DNA from: Diplonema japonicum
Lineage: Eukaryota > Protista > Euglenozoa: Diplonemea
NCBI GenBank assembly: GCA_964019335.1
Contig: OZ025697.1
Location: 472,374 to 536,373, forward strand
Reading direction: 5' to 3'
Length of the DNA: 64,000 bases
The position numbers and the translations under genes were made by a program. The notes beneath the pieces were generated by a model that made no database searches, had not been told where the DNA came from, and worked only from the letters and a program-made list of their open reading frames with translations. This document shows, piece after piece, positions 43,398 through 55,520 of the stretch. Position 1 is the first letter of the stretch. Each line of letters starts with the position of its first letter.

Positions 43398-44402
43398 CTA
43401 ACTTTCCCACTTCTCGGTTGAACTCCTCGAATTCCTGTGATGATTATGAAAATATTGCTTCGTTCCCTCCACACACCAATTTAAGTTCTCGAACAGGTGT
43501 GCTGCCTGCTGTGGTTCTTTCGTCGACACGCGTTCGCAGCTCCTGTGCTGAATGTGAGCCAGTTGTGCACATACCGCAAGCATTCTCTCCACGTGATTGA
43601 GTTGGCGCCAGGCGTCGGTTTCCAAGTTCTCCCTCCTTTTAGAGTACTCTGAAAGCTCTCGGTACCTGGTTTTTCCTATGTGCACCTGTTCTTCGAGCGA
43701 CATCTGATTTTTATCAAGGTTGCGATAGTCAATGGTGGCTTCTTGCAGGCGTTTTTCTAGTGTTTTGTTTGTGGCTATCAGTTGGTCATGCTCCGTCTTC
43801 AGCTCTTGGAAGGCTCGTTTCGTGTCTGCTTCCTGCTTTTGGCATATGTTGAACAGCTTGCTTGTCTCGTAGTGCAGTCGTTCTATTTCACGCTCTTTTT
43901 CGTCGCATTCTTGCTGTAGTTTTTGAATGCGGTCACCTACTACACGCTTTTCTTTTCTTTCCGTCTCGTAACCGTCCTTGAACCCTCTATGAGTAGCCAG
44001 CTGCTGGCGCATCACCTCCACTTCGCTCAGCAGCGAAGCGTTCTCAGCCGCATAGGCATCTCGCTCATTCTTCGCCTCCTCCAACGCTACCACAAGGTTG
44101 TTGCAGTGTCTAGCATGGATAGCATCGCCGCGGCGGATCTCCTCTTCATGCTTGCCTGCTTGCTCGTCCATAACCTTCTTGTGGTCATCTGCATGGATCA
44201 ACCCTCTACTGATGTCTTCTTCTCTGTACGACCGCAGCGCGTTCTTCTCCGATGGCGTCATGGGTGAGGGCCTCAACGAGTCGTCCAGCCCTGTCAGCAC
44301 AGACCTGTCTCGTTCAAAGGCGCGCTCCCTACTCCTACTGGGCCGCACAGGACTGATCTCCGATAACCGCATCCATGGCTTTGTCAGCTCCGTGTCATTC
44401 AT
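43398..44402 (-). CDS. Hypothetical coiled-coil protein
   Basis: 334-aa charged heptad-rich ORF on the cluster strand. Confidence 0.75.
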   Translation of the reverse strand: MNDTELTKPWMRLSEISPVRPSRSRERAFERDRSVLTGLDDSLRPSPMTPSEKNALRSYREEDISRGLIHADDHKKVMDEQAGKHEEEIRRGDAIHARHCNNLVVALEEAKNERDAYAAENASLLSEVEVMRQQLATHRGFKDGYETERKEKRVVGDRIQKLQQECDEKEREIERLHYETSKLFNICQKQEADTKRAFQELKTEHDQLIATNKTLEKRLQEATIDYRNLDKNQMSLEEQVHIGKTRYRELSEYSKRRENLETDAWRQLNHVERMLAVCAQLAHIQHRSCERVSTKEPQQAAHLFENLNWCVEGTKQYFHNHHRNSRSSTEKWES

Positions 44403-44792
44403 CGCTCATATTATATCTGTAAAACATTTTAGGGAGCTGCTTACTGAATATAATGAAAGCCCGCACTATGCCGTACACAAAAGAGATGGGTACTCCCCGT
44501 TTCTCTCATGCTGTTGGACCATCAGACAGCACTGACGGTGCGGTACTCCATTGGACCATATGATATAGTACCAAACTGACTGAACTGAATAATACAACTG
44601 ACCATGTGGGTGGGTTTGTGGATAAAAACCACCAAATTCCTTCTGCGATGGAACATCCTGGACCGTCGGCACCGGTTGTCAGGAGGGAGGGAGCTATTAA
44701 GGTTAGAAAGGAAATATGGAACATAAAGCCTATCACAGCTTTATAAATAGCAAACAGCATATGTCACAATCGGCAACCTTCCAGTTGCCATC

Positions 44793-47700
44793 TCAGGACC
44801 CGACCCGCTCCCCTGTAAGGGGCATCTCATCGGGGAGCAAGAGTAACATGGTTGGCAGTGCAACCATCGCCATCGGCCGTTTGAAGTAATGTCTCACAGA
44901 CTTTGTGAGGCAGCAGCGTGCAATATCAAGTGCCATTTTGTTAGTAACCTGTAATGGTATAATGGAGTAGGTGAGATGCTGTAAATGTTGGTTTACGCTA
45001 TAACCCAATTCAGGTGTCTGTCGATCTTCGTGGCAATATCACGCAGTACTTTAGGTTGCTTAGGGTGAAGGAACCTAGATGCTAGAACAAGTACCTCTTC
45101 AACAAGAGGCTGAACAACCTGATGTACGTGCTGTTTGTGCAAAGGGCATACTTGGCTTCTGTTGGCCGTGAATTTAAAGGCATTGGGGTCTTGCCGCTCC
45201 CTTGAGAGTTCATCTTTTTGGGTGTGTGGTATCATTATCAAGGCTAGCAACAGACAAGAACTCTGGAACTTAAACAAAGCGGTGTTGCTGACGTACTCTG
45301 CCCTGTTAGTTGTGCGTTGTTATGTGTATGTGTCATACGTTGCCCCAGCGAACTCGTGGAAGATATGCGGCGACAGAGTGACGTGATAATGCAGCAATGG
45401 CCACAGCTCCTTCCTGATGCGGTCTTCCATGAAGTCCCGACTGTACACAAGTAAAAAGAGAGCCACTTCGTTGATGTGCAATGCACACGCACCAATATCA
45501 ATTGTAGGCAAGCTCCATTTAGCTTTCTTCTGTCGAGGAGTTGGCGAATTGTAGTATTTAATGTGCTCTGCCGTGAGCCTGCTTGTGATATCTTGCGGGT
45601 TGGTCATGCCTGCCGGGTAGAGCCGTGCGACCAAAGGCGACCACATTAGGTGCAGGTTGTGCAAAACCTTTGAAGCCACACCACCTCTGAAAACAGGGAA
45701 GCCTTCAAAAGCACTGGGCCCGTCGCCTACTTCCGCTTCTGCCGCTGCCTTCTTCCATGTCTGTAGAATATTTACCACTTCACCATCCTGGATAGCAGGC
45801 ACAGGTGCAACCCGTCCCCTGCCGCTCTGTAGCTTGTCTGCAACCCCGTCAAAGGAGCAGCTGATAAGTATGCACGACTGGATACAGGAACACAGCACAT
45901 TGTGGTCTAGTCTTCTCGAGGTGCTCATGTGATGTTTTATAATCTCAAGAATTGTAAGCCCCAGTTCCTTTTCCACTTTGCACATCAAGGCTTCCTCACT
46001 GCATGCTTCGACTTCAGTGAAGCCGATTTCTTCAGCAACATTCTCCGGAGGATGGATCAGGACACACGAGCAGCATGCGGCAAGCACAACAGCAGCCACA
46101 GACGCACCATGTGGGTAGGCACCGCTCTCATAGAGATGGGCTTGCTTCAAGCGCACAGAGCGGGAGAGCAACTGCGAGACCTTCGAGAGCATGATGAAGA
46201 CACCTGTGTCGTACTTGACGCGCTGCTCGATCCTAATGAGGGTGCCCGTTACATTATGAAGTATGTGGTACAACATCGCCAGCAGTCTTGCATCGGCCCC
46301 TTGTCTGCTTAGCAAGATGTCAAGGAGCTCTATCGATGAGGTGAGGACCCTCGGAGTATCAGGGTAGTCTGTTATGAACTGCAGTCTCATGATTACAGCG
46401 TCAACTATCCAATCAAAGCATTCAAACACTAGGCTCGCAACGGGCCGATCAGGAGCTATCGAAGTTTCAGAGCACTCCCTGGCAATCAGGGACAGAACGT
46501 CCACAGCTGTGTCTGAGATTTCCTTGTGCGAGGACGGCACCTTCTCAAGCACTAGGTAGACAACAGTCTTGAGAAAAGTGTCCCTCACAGAAAGTGTTTT
46601 GCAGATGCCATCGTCGTACGAAAAGAGAGACAAAGAAGCGTTCGCTATCACTTCCAAGGTTAATCTACACAAGGCGGTGCAGTGCGTGATGTCGGCCAGA
46701 TCTTTCGTCTCCGCAAAGTACCACTGCTCTGGTATCGACACCAGCCTTGTCACTACAGCAATTGAAGTATCACATAGTTGAGTGGCTTTTTGTAAATAGA
46801 TATTCGTGTGAGAGTGCAGCATGACACTCTTCAGCACCCACAGTGTGGCGTGATGCAGCCTCCATCTATTAAATTCTTGCATGTCAGTTAGCAGCAACTC
46901 AGTAATAGTAGTAAGGGGAACGTACTTCGCAAGGCTCTTGCATAAAGTGTCAAGGGCACCGAACATGCTGCCATGCTGCTTAGAAAAGGATTTGAAGTCC
47001 GAAGAGTTGGCCGTCGATGCAGTTTGCGCAATCTTGCGCACCAGCGAGCACAAGTAGTCATCGGATATCAGTGTGAACTCCTGTTGTGCGTTGACATTAA
47101 AAATAATATTATGTCACACCTTCAAGCTGTCTTGTTTCAGCACGTGTTCCATCCAGCCAGATATGATTATAGCGTTCTGTGAGTTTTTCTTCAAACTCAG
47201 CAACAGCCTTTCTAAGTGAGACCGCAGGTCCTGACCGCAGCCTGTGACATTCTGCATATATTGAAGTGACATACGTGACCCAGCGAATCGCTTAGACACG
47301 ACCAAAGTGGCAGGAAGGGGTGCCCCATCACGTGCTGAGGACAGGTAACCTACATCAGTGAGAATGGGAAGCAGCGGGCTGAGGACCTGCGAACACGCTT
47401 CTAGTACCTTTTCAGCAAAATGCCCGAATGCCTTTAGATGTGGGTGTGCACTGGCGTTGACCATGCCCCTCCCACTGCACTTGCTCACTATCTTCAGAAG
47501 CTTTTCGAGAACCTCCGTTAACTTCACACGAACTGTTTCTATCCAAGTTTTGTCACGCCCGACCATATTCAAAGCCTCGTGTTCTCTTCTCGAAGGTGTC
47601 ATTGTCTGAGAAGGCCTGTCTACCTGCTGCTTGAAGCCGTTGTACGTTGTTTCCAAGTCAACTTCAGCTAGCAAGCTAGCATTGTCAATGTCATTGCACA

Positions 47701-48264
47701 CTTTTATAATGGCTCGTGCCAGTAGGTCGATGCACGCAGTGACGTACTTTCTTGGCAGGCGTTTGTCGTGAGACTGTGAAAGCACTTTGCACAACTCTGC
47801 AACGGTACCAGGAAGGTAGGCAACGAGGCTCCTGACACTTACTAAGTTCCATATTGAACTCACGCATTCCAATGATTTTATTTTTAGTTCAATGCTCTTC
47901 TCCGTCTCCAGTCGTCCCAAGAGCGTGTGCATCACAAGAGCAGAGAAAAATGCGGCATGTTCATGACTTTCGAGCGGCCCACCATACACACGGTGTGCCT
48001 CGAGCAGTGAGATGACCACATTTATCGTGTGCAGTGTAAGCTCTTCCGTTGACGCAATACTTTTTTTCCTTCCTGAACTCACATTTTTCGTAAATATTTC
48101 CTTTTTTTTTTTTTTTTTCGTGATTACACCAATACCTGTACAAGTGTCACGTGGCCTTCCGACGACTTGCCTTGTTTCAGAAGAAATGCAAGCGTCTCTA
48201 GCGCGCTCTCTTGCTCTCGCAATGGGAGGCTGTCATCCAGCAAGCGCTTAACTAGCACTTCCAT
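44793..48264 (-). CDS. TTI1: TELO2-interacting protein 1 homolog (TTT complex), multi-exon; introns include 47081-47119 and 45303-45338
   Basis: Colinear TTI1-like blocks: AYLPGTVAELCKVL, RDKTWIETVRVKL, FDWIVDAVIMRL, LHLMWSPLVARL, DFMEDRIRKELWPLL, YVSNTALFKFQ, FLHPKQPKVLRDIA. First and last exon boundaries are approximate. Confidence 0.75.
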
Positions 48265-48309
48265 ATCCTCCTATCGTGCATAAATGCTGGTTGCCCTGAA
48301 TAACACAGA

Positions 48310-51067
48310 TTAACATGCAACAAAATTAGTGTCCTTTACCAGCTTCGCCAGGGTAAGCAGCGATTTGCGTAGGCGAAGGCTGCCCTGCGAAGTGCATTGC
48401 ATGCTTGATACAATTGCAACACACTTCTCTGGACTTACATCGTCTTTAGTCAGGATTTGCTGAATACGGTGCATTTCGCTCTCGAGGAGACAAACCACCT
48501 TTGAGCAACTTACGTTGCATTGTGCAGCCCAGGAATGCAAGATTGATAGAACAACGCAGGACAGGGTGCTGTTCTGGGGGACAAACACACCGCTGAAAAC
48601 GACGTGGAGAGAGGTCAGTTGCTGCTTGTGATTTAGTGACGCATTACTAAGACACGTCAAAGCATGTTCTAGCAAATCCTGCGAAAAGCAAGGGATGAAA
48701 GTAGAAGAAAAGCCTTCTGTTAAGAGCATGGGAATGACGTGCTCGGATGATGCCAGTATTTGGAGTGTGGTTGCAACTCGTGGGATGACATGGGGGGAGG
48801 CACGGACCAGGGGGTTAAGATTGTTCATCAGTCTCAATGCAATGACAGCGCTTTGGGAGATGCGGACTTTTTCAAACTTCCCCCGTTGCACCTTGCAGTA
48901 GCCACCCGTGGCTTTGATATAGTACTCCACCACTTCAAGGTGGAGCAGTGCCTTGTGATGATCCTTGTATACTGCTGGCGTGACGTTGGTGATGAGTTCT
49001 GGTAAATAGATGCTTGTGATAACATCACCATCACACTCAGGCTGCAACAGGAACGGTGCGTCATTTTGCGATGCTGGGCTAGCGTTCCACAGACACTTAA
49101 GCATGGCAATATAGCCTGCCTCAGGATGCTGCACACAGTATGCCTCCCACTGTTCTGGCCGGCCATCGAGAGCGGCTTCCGTCCCCAATGTGTCAACAGA
49201 CCGAACGGGCTGCTTCGTGATCACATGAGGCATCACCTCTTTTGCACTCTTCATAAGATGTGCATGAAAAGGGGTGTCTATCCCCACTTTCAGCAACTTG
49301 CACAACGGAGCCTTCAAAAGCTCGATGTACAATTCAGATTTGTCTACATCACCTTGTACAGCAAGTAAGGCAAGTGCTGCCAATGCCACGCCTTTTACAA
49401 TAAACATGCTGTCGTCCGATGTCACTGCTTGTTCAATCTGAGACCGCACGTCGCGTGGCGACCAGGCAAAGCGAGGCAAGTGCTTTTGCACAAGGAACAC
49501 AAGAGCCGTAAAGGCATCGTCATTCAACAAAGCGGCCCCTGTCGTCAGTCCAAGCAACTGGACATCAAACCATCGTGAGAGAGTGTAAACATCCTCTTGG
49601 AAGGTGTCCTTGTACTGTGGTGTGTTGTCTAAGATTTACTGTGTTTACTATACCTGCATGCTTGTCGTGAGGCTCTTTACAATATTTTGGAATATTGGCA
49701 AACCTCGCAGAGGCGCAGTGTCGAGGCCTTGCAGGTTCAGCCCTGTCATAAGCTCCATAATATCGCCTAAAGGCAGCACGCTAGTGAGCATGGTCCTCCC
49801 ACCATCACCAAAGAGCAGCTCTGGTGAGTTCCAGCCTAATTGAGAGGACTCCATGCCACAAAGCAAAAGAATAAAGTTGCCCACTTCACCGTAACTTGCC
49901 GGGGTTCGTTCGTGCGCTTTCAAAGAAAACAGAATGCACAGGAGAGCTGCGTTAGGGTCTTTGTTGATGACGGAGAGGATTCCATTGGCATCAGTTTGTT
50001 GTACTTCAGGTAGTAGTACAGTTGCAACCAGTCCCAGAATGTTACCCCTCGAACCTTCCAAACCAAAGGCTTCCGAGGCGATGTCCCTGTACTCATCAAG
50101 GGCAACCTCCTTGTCGTCAATCATGTCGTGTATCAGCGACAGCATTTTAGCTTCAACATGAAAGGATTGTGTAGTAAAACTGAGTAACGGCCAGTCTGTT
50201 ATGCGACGTTTTTTATCTCGCTCGCTTCTCATTATCTTAACAAGTCTCGACAGATCGCCTGTACAGAGAAGCGTGCAGGCCTCATTTTCAAAGGATTCAG
50301 GTGGCTTTTGCATGACACGCAGTACTGCCGAGTTATCATTCGTACTGATCCAGGTCTTCAACACTTTCCAATAGAGGGCTTGCGAAGAGGGCTCTATGAT
50401 ATCGAGCACCGCATTCATAAGTTTTGCATTAGTACCCCCACAGCGCAATGCCTCATGAAGCCATGTAGGATCGTCTTTGTTGAGAAGAAGCCTTGCAAAG
50501 CACTCAGCCTTTATTTGCAGGGGACCGTTGTTCCACAGGCTGTTGATAAGTTCAGACCCCAGCTTCCCTCGGCTGTGCAGCACAATGGTTACAATAGACG
50601 ACAAACTCAATTCCACAACATCGGTATCGGCAAATACCTGTGGTTTGGGAATAGTCTTGTGTAATTGAACATACCAGGTTTTCAAGCCAAGCGGCCTGCA
50701 TAACATGATCGACGACAAGTGCAGGAAGGGCCTGCGGCCTGTGGAGCGCGCACTCCCACAAGCTGTTGCATGTCATACTGCTTTGGTCGTCAAGCTTTTT
50801 TTGGCCATTTTCATTAATACAAACCCCAACAAGCGACCTTATTGAGCGCAGCAGTAATCCATGAAAAGACGCCCCGTGCTTTTTGAAATAGCTGATCAAA
50901 ACTCCTTCCAAACGAATTCCCTCTTCCCCGCTGTTGATAATACTGCAGAATTTAGGCAGCAATTTACTTACAAAATCCACATCCATGGTCTGTAGCTGCT
51001 CGCTTGAAGCATTCTGCATGTCTTTCAACAAACAATTGAGGTCATGCCGCTTGCGCTTTTCACCCAT
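48310..51067 (-). CDS. Hypothetical alpha-helical (ARM/HEAT-like) protein; introns 50638-50674 and 49615-49653
   Basis: Three ORFs join in frame through 37- and 39-nt GT-AG introns; Leu-rich helical composition. Confidence 0.7.
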
Positions 51068-51126
51068 TTTGTGTGCTACTTGTGGTGATGACAAAGATTA
51101 AGCTCGCACAATAAAAACTGTTACTT

Positions 51127-51618
51127 TTAGAAAAAAGTATAATTGGCACGCAAACGTTTGTATTGTTTCTTTAACAGCAATAGCTGCTCGATCTGGTAGC
51201 GATTCTGGTGCTCAGATCTAATGGAGATTTCTAACATTTCGAGCTGCTGTCTTGTTGTTGCCTCCTCATCGACCGCACCTATAAGGGGGAAGGGTGTGGT
51301 TAGGAGCGAGAGCCTCTCGAAGAGTTCACAGTAGTGGGCATCTAATTTCTTCAAATACACTACGTCTGGATTGGGATCAAATTTCTCAAACCTCTGCGCC
51401 TGGCTGATCACAGTAAGCATAAGGTCGAGTGGCTCCTGTGCTTCGTGTCCTTGTTCGTCCCCGATGATGGCGCTCCCTTCCTGCATTAGTTTGCTGTAGT
51501 AGAGTCTGGTATCAAGTTCATTGTCGGGGCACATCACCCCGCTCTCCAGAAGCTCTATATCTGCAAGCAATTGCTCACATTCCGCGTATCTCCTAGCACT
51601 GTCGGAATTGAACGGCAT
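51127..51618 (-). CDS. Hypothetical protein
   Basis: ORF on the cluster strand from MPFNSD; helical and charged. Confidence 0.65.
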   Translation of the reverse strand: MPFNSDSARRYAECEQLLADIELLESGVMCPDNELDTRLYYSKLMQEGSAIIGDEQGHEAQEPLDLMLTVISQAQRFEKFDPNPDVVYLKKLDAHYCELFERLSLLTTPFPLIGAVDEEATTRQQLEMLEISIRSEHQNRYQIEQLLLLKKQYKRLRANYTFF

Positions 51619-51854
51619 TTGTATGTTGTGGCCATAACTGTGTGACCAGCTCGTGCAAAGAAGAAAGCAAACAATTGAGCAAACAATATAAAAGGCAAGA
51701 CATAAAGGGTGCTTCGCGTTGTTTACATTGAAGTCTAGAAGCAAGATTACTTTTGGCAGATTATTGACTGCAGTGAAAACTGAAGGTGTGTGTTTTAGCA
51801 ATAAAACTGTGACAGAGCTCGTCACCTCAGTGGCCACCCAAACTGCTCAGCTAT

Positions 51855-53166
51855 CTATCCACTTATGAATTGAATGTCGGAAACTAAACTGAAACGGTTG
51901 CTACTCAAGCACAGGCAATAGCCATTCAGAGACCACATCTATCGGAGAGGCAATATACTCCTGCAGTTAGTTTCAAGAATAAAAAAGGGGGGGATATACC
52001 TGGATAAATGGGAGTTTCAATGCATCGTTTGCTTGTGGCCTCTGCCCTGGGTCTTGCTTCATAAGTGAGTGCACAAACTCAGTCAAATTCTCGGAGCAGT
52101 CGGGGAGCTGCAGGGTGGTTGACGCTGTAATCTGTTCAAGGAGCTGCATGATGACGTGCCCAGTAGGAACAACGAAGGGAAATTTTCCAAGTGCCATCTC
52201 AGCCACTATAAGGCCGATGGCCCAAATATCAGCTGGTGTGCTATACCGCCCGCCCCTGTGGGTGTTGTGATAATACGCAGCATGCATACTTGATCCTTTC
52301 GGGTGACATGTAGGGTGGGCTCCCTACCATCGTGCTCTGCCCCATTGTCGCCACCTCAACTGTGATGCCGAAGTCAGCCACCTTACATTCTCCTTTTTTG
52401 TTCATCAGGATATTGGCTGGCTTAAGATCTCGATGCATTTGCGATTTGCCCCCTTCAGTTTTCCTTGACACGTGCAGCTGGTTCAGTCCTTCCAGCACCT
52501 GCCTAGCTATCACAGATATGACTTCGTCCGGAGCTTTGATGGTTTTTGTTTTACAAGACTTTAGAATTTCTTCCAGATTCCCAGCATCCATGTATTCTTG
52601 TATCAGCATCAAGGAGTGGTCCTGTTTCACAAAGGCCTGGATGGTCCTCACAAGGCAGGGGTGTGACACTAGCAGTCGCTTTACCTCTTCATCGAGTATT
52701 CGCTTCGTGTGTTGCGCACAGGGGATTTGTTTCACTGCATAATTCACCTTTAAAGAACAATGCACAATAAAAAAGCACACACCTTTGTCTCTCTGTCTTG
52801 CGCTAATTTCACTTCACCAGATGCACCTCTGCCGAGTACCTTAATGAATTCAAGGTTCTTCAATTTTATTTCAGTGCCCGACGCGACTGAACTAGTTGTC
52901 TCACCTTGTCGAGGGTTGACATGCACTCCCGCTGGGGTGACCCGTAGGGCTTCTCTGTCGGAACTTTTGGGTATTACTATAGTGCATTTTTGTATTAAGT
53001 TTTACTTAATAATCATACCAAAGGCACCGCTCTGTGTCCATCTGTCATTTTCGTTGGGCTGCGGACGTGGTGTTTGAGTTGGCTTTTTTTGTAGTACAAT
53101 AAGCTGAGGGGGTTTGAATTTACCCCGTTTCACAGGTGGTTTAGGCGGCGGTGACGTTTCAGACAT
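51855..53166 (-). CDS. MAP kinase kinase (STE7/MEK family); introns 52977-53018, 52748-52782, 52256-52289 and a 3' intron
   Basis: N-terminal docking motif KRGKFKPPQLIV, LGRGASGEV, YAVK, EYMDAG, HRDLKPANIL, DFG...TMVGSPPYMSPERI, ADIWAIG, EMALGKFPF. The 3' end is approximate. Confidence 0.9.
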
Positions 53167-53407
53167 TTTAATTTCTTCTCACCTGCTGCACAACAGTGTA
53201 ACGGAAGGGAAGCCAAAACTGTTAAACAAACAAAGGTAAAAAAGACACGTTGGAATCAGCTGTGGCAGGTGGCTGCTTCTTTTTTTTTCTTTCTTTTTCC
53301 CAGCTTCTTTCTATTTTTCTGGCAGAATAAAGAAACTTTAAAAATAAATAAAAAACATGTATAAAAAATGGGTATTTCTTTTGCAAAGACTTATCAACCA
53401 TTATATT

Positions 53408-53857
53408 TTACATCAGGAGCTTGATGCCAAAGAACAAGTTGATCAGAAGGCCTCCAACAAAGAAGATAGCCCTGAAAGGCTGGAGCCCTAAGGCATAGCA
53501 AATTGCATGGAGGACACGTGTAGCACCATAGGCAAGGACCATCTGGGCCATTTCACCTGTGGGAGTACCAAACTGTAAGTTGGCAAAGGCTGCCAGGAGG
53601 AAGTAGGGTTCGTTCTCAATCGAATTGCTGACAATGCCATGCAATCTGTCAATGGTGCTGATAGCAGGGCCATAGGCCACAAGCATGACCCTAAACAGGT
53701 CACCCAGCCACTTTAGACCACCACCAGTAAAGGACGAATCCTCACTCGTCTTGAACCTGTTCGAGATGAACCTGTTTCTGATTGTGAGAACATGCACCAG
53801 TGCCATCTTCACAACAAGGACACCAACAACCGTTTTAAGAGCATCGTTGTAAGTCAT
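53408..53857 (-). CDS. MAPEG family protein (microsomal GST/PGES-like)
   Basis: VKM...TIRNRF, IDRLHGIVSNSIENEPYF, RVLHAICY...QPFRA; four TM helices. Confidence 0.85.
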   Translation of the reverse strand: MTYNDALKTVVGVLVVKMALVHVLTIRNRFISNRFKTSEDSSFTGGGLKWLGDLFRVMLVAYGPAISTIDRLHGIVSNSIENEPYFLLAAFANLQFGTPTGEMAQMVLAYGATRVLHAICYALGLQPFRAIFFVGGLLINLFFGIKLLM

Positions 53858-53986
53858 CTTGGTATTTGTGTTTCTGTGTTGTTGTTTAAATGGAAAAGGG
53901 TCTCTTAATGAAGAAAACAAAGAATATAAGAGTTAAAGGAGGTTGGCGACGCCCTGCACAAGAACTGTCTACTTGATTACAGGGGG

Positions 53987-54301
53987 CATTGCAGCTGAGC
54001 AGTGTTGGTCCAGACCCTTGAGGGACTCAGGGGACTCCAAGGGACAGGACAGGAGTCCCCTGAAATTTTCAGGGGTCTGGAGGGGGAGGGGACTCAGGGG
54101 ACTGGAGGCACTCAAGGGACTGGAGGGGACTCAGGGGACTCTTGGGACCAAAAAATTTCTTTGTGTTTTTTGTGTCACAAAGGCCCAAATTTAGGCTGGG
54201 GCTTGCATTTTTTTGGTACTTTTGGTTTCAAAAGTTCAAAAAAAGAGGTCCTAGGTTTGAGTGGGATGTGAGGCAAGGCTCATACTACCTTGTTGTGACT
54301 A

Positions 54302-54358
<57 letters not shown>
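53987..54358 (+). repeat. 318-bp direct repeat, copy 1, followed by long poly(A)
   Basis: Appears identical to 56605-56922 (the same ORF translations recur); internal GGGACT sub-repeats; A-run 54305-54358. Confidence 0.92.
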
Positions 54359-54360
<2 letters not shown>

Positions 54361-54889
54361 AAAAAAATGTCAGGGGGTTTGGAGACCTGCTTTGAAAAAA
54401 ATATTAAAAAGAGGCCTGTACAATGCAAAAAAAAAAAAAAAAAAAAAAAAGTAAAAAAAGGGATGGGCAGTGTTGGCCAGACTGGTGGTCTGAGGGGTCT
54501 GGTCTACAAACCACCCCAACACCACAAATTTTCGACCACACCATGTGGTGTGTTGTGACATATTTTACACCATATTTCACATACCTGATGTTCCACATGA
54601 TGTATGCAACACAGGGTGCACAACACAGCACGTGTTTTATAACATGTACCACTATGCTGCACAGGGAAAAGCAGGTGTCACAATGTGCACCTCCTGGTGC
54701 ACAATATACAAAAAAAAAAAAAAAAAAAAAAAAAAACAATAAAATTTCAGTGTGCATGGGGGTGCTGACTGTTGGTAAAAAAAAAAAATAAAAAAATAAA
54801 ACTTTTATCTTCTTTTTCAGGTGGTGGGGATAACATGAAAATATAAGAAAAACATCAGATGTGTTGTTCGCTGTTGACCTCCTCATCTG

Positions 54890-55165
54890 AAACAGAATGC
54901 AGAAGAAGCTACAACTCGGCCGCCGGCCATCGTGATTAAGGAAATGATGCGGAACACAAAAAGCTACAACTCGGCCGTGGTGATTAAGGACACGATGCAG
55001 AACGCAGAAGAAGCTACAACCCGGCCGTGGTGGTTAAGGAAATGACACGGAATGCAAGAAGTTACAACCTGGCTGCAGTGATTAAGGGCACGATGTGGAA
55101 TGCAGAAGAAGCTACATCCCGGCCATGGTGATTAAGGAAACGATGCAGAACGTAGAAGAAGCCTA
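54890..55165 (+). repeat. About 50-bp tandem minisatellite (about 5-6 degenerate units)
   Basis: Unit approximately GTGATTAAGGACACGATGCAGAACGCAGAAGAAGCTACAACTCGGCCGTG. Dispersed copies at 57.5-59.1 kb and an inverted copy near 59.18 kb. Confidence 0.88.
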
Positions 55166-55397
55166 TCCAAATACAACATTTGATGCGGAAAGCAGAAACA
55201 ACAGCTTGGTTTAGGTGTGCGAAAAAATGTGAGAAGACAAGAAAAAAAGAAGGGGAAAAAAAGAAAAGGTAAACACATCATGTATGTCAAAAAAAAATCA
55301 AGGATTTTTTTCTCTTTTTTTTTCCCATTTTTTTTTTTTTTTTTTCCAAAGGGAAAAAAAAAAAAAAAAAAAATTTGCAAAACTATCAAAATAATGA

Positions 55398-55519
55398 CAG
55401 TGTTGGGGAGAGTCCTGTGAGTCCCATGAGTCCCATCGAGTCCCATCCTGTGGAGTCCCATGAGTCCCATCCAGGCCTGTATTCCGTTTTAGGGGACAGG
55501 ACAGGACTGACCAACACTG
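55398..55519. mobile_element. MITE-like element with CAGTGTTGG terminal inverted repeats
   Basis: CAGTGTTGG...CCAACACTG ends with extended imperfect IR (AGTCCTGT); internal GAGTCCCAT sub-repeats; no exact TSD. Confidence 0.6.
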
Positions 55520-55520
55520 C

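Noticed and set aside
29427-53166. Apparent frameshifts or pseudogenes, programmed frameshifting or stop-codon reassignment in split ORFs
   Set aside because: The breaks examined are explained by short canonical GT-AG introns that restore the frame.
845-53857. Functional operon or biosynthetic cluster
   Set aside because: Neighbouring genes are functionally unrelated, as expected for euglenozoan directional clusters.
54890-55165. Regularly spaced repeats resembling a CRISPR array
   Set aside because: Units are contiguous degenerate tandem copies with no unique spacers, there are no cas genes, and the context is eukaryotic.
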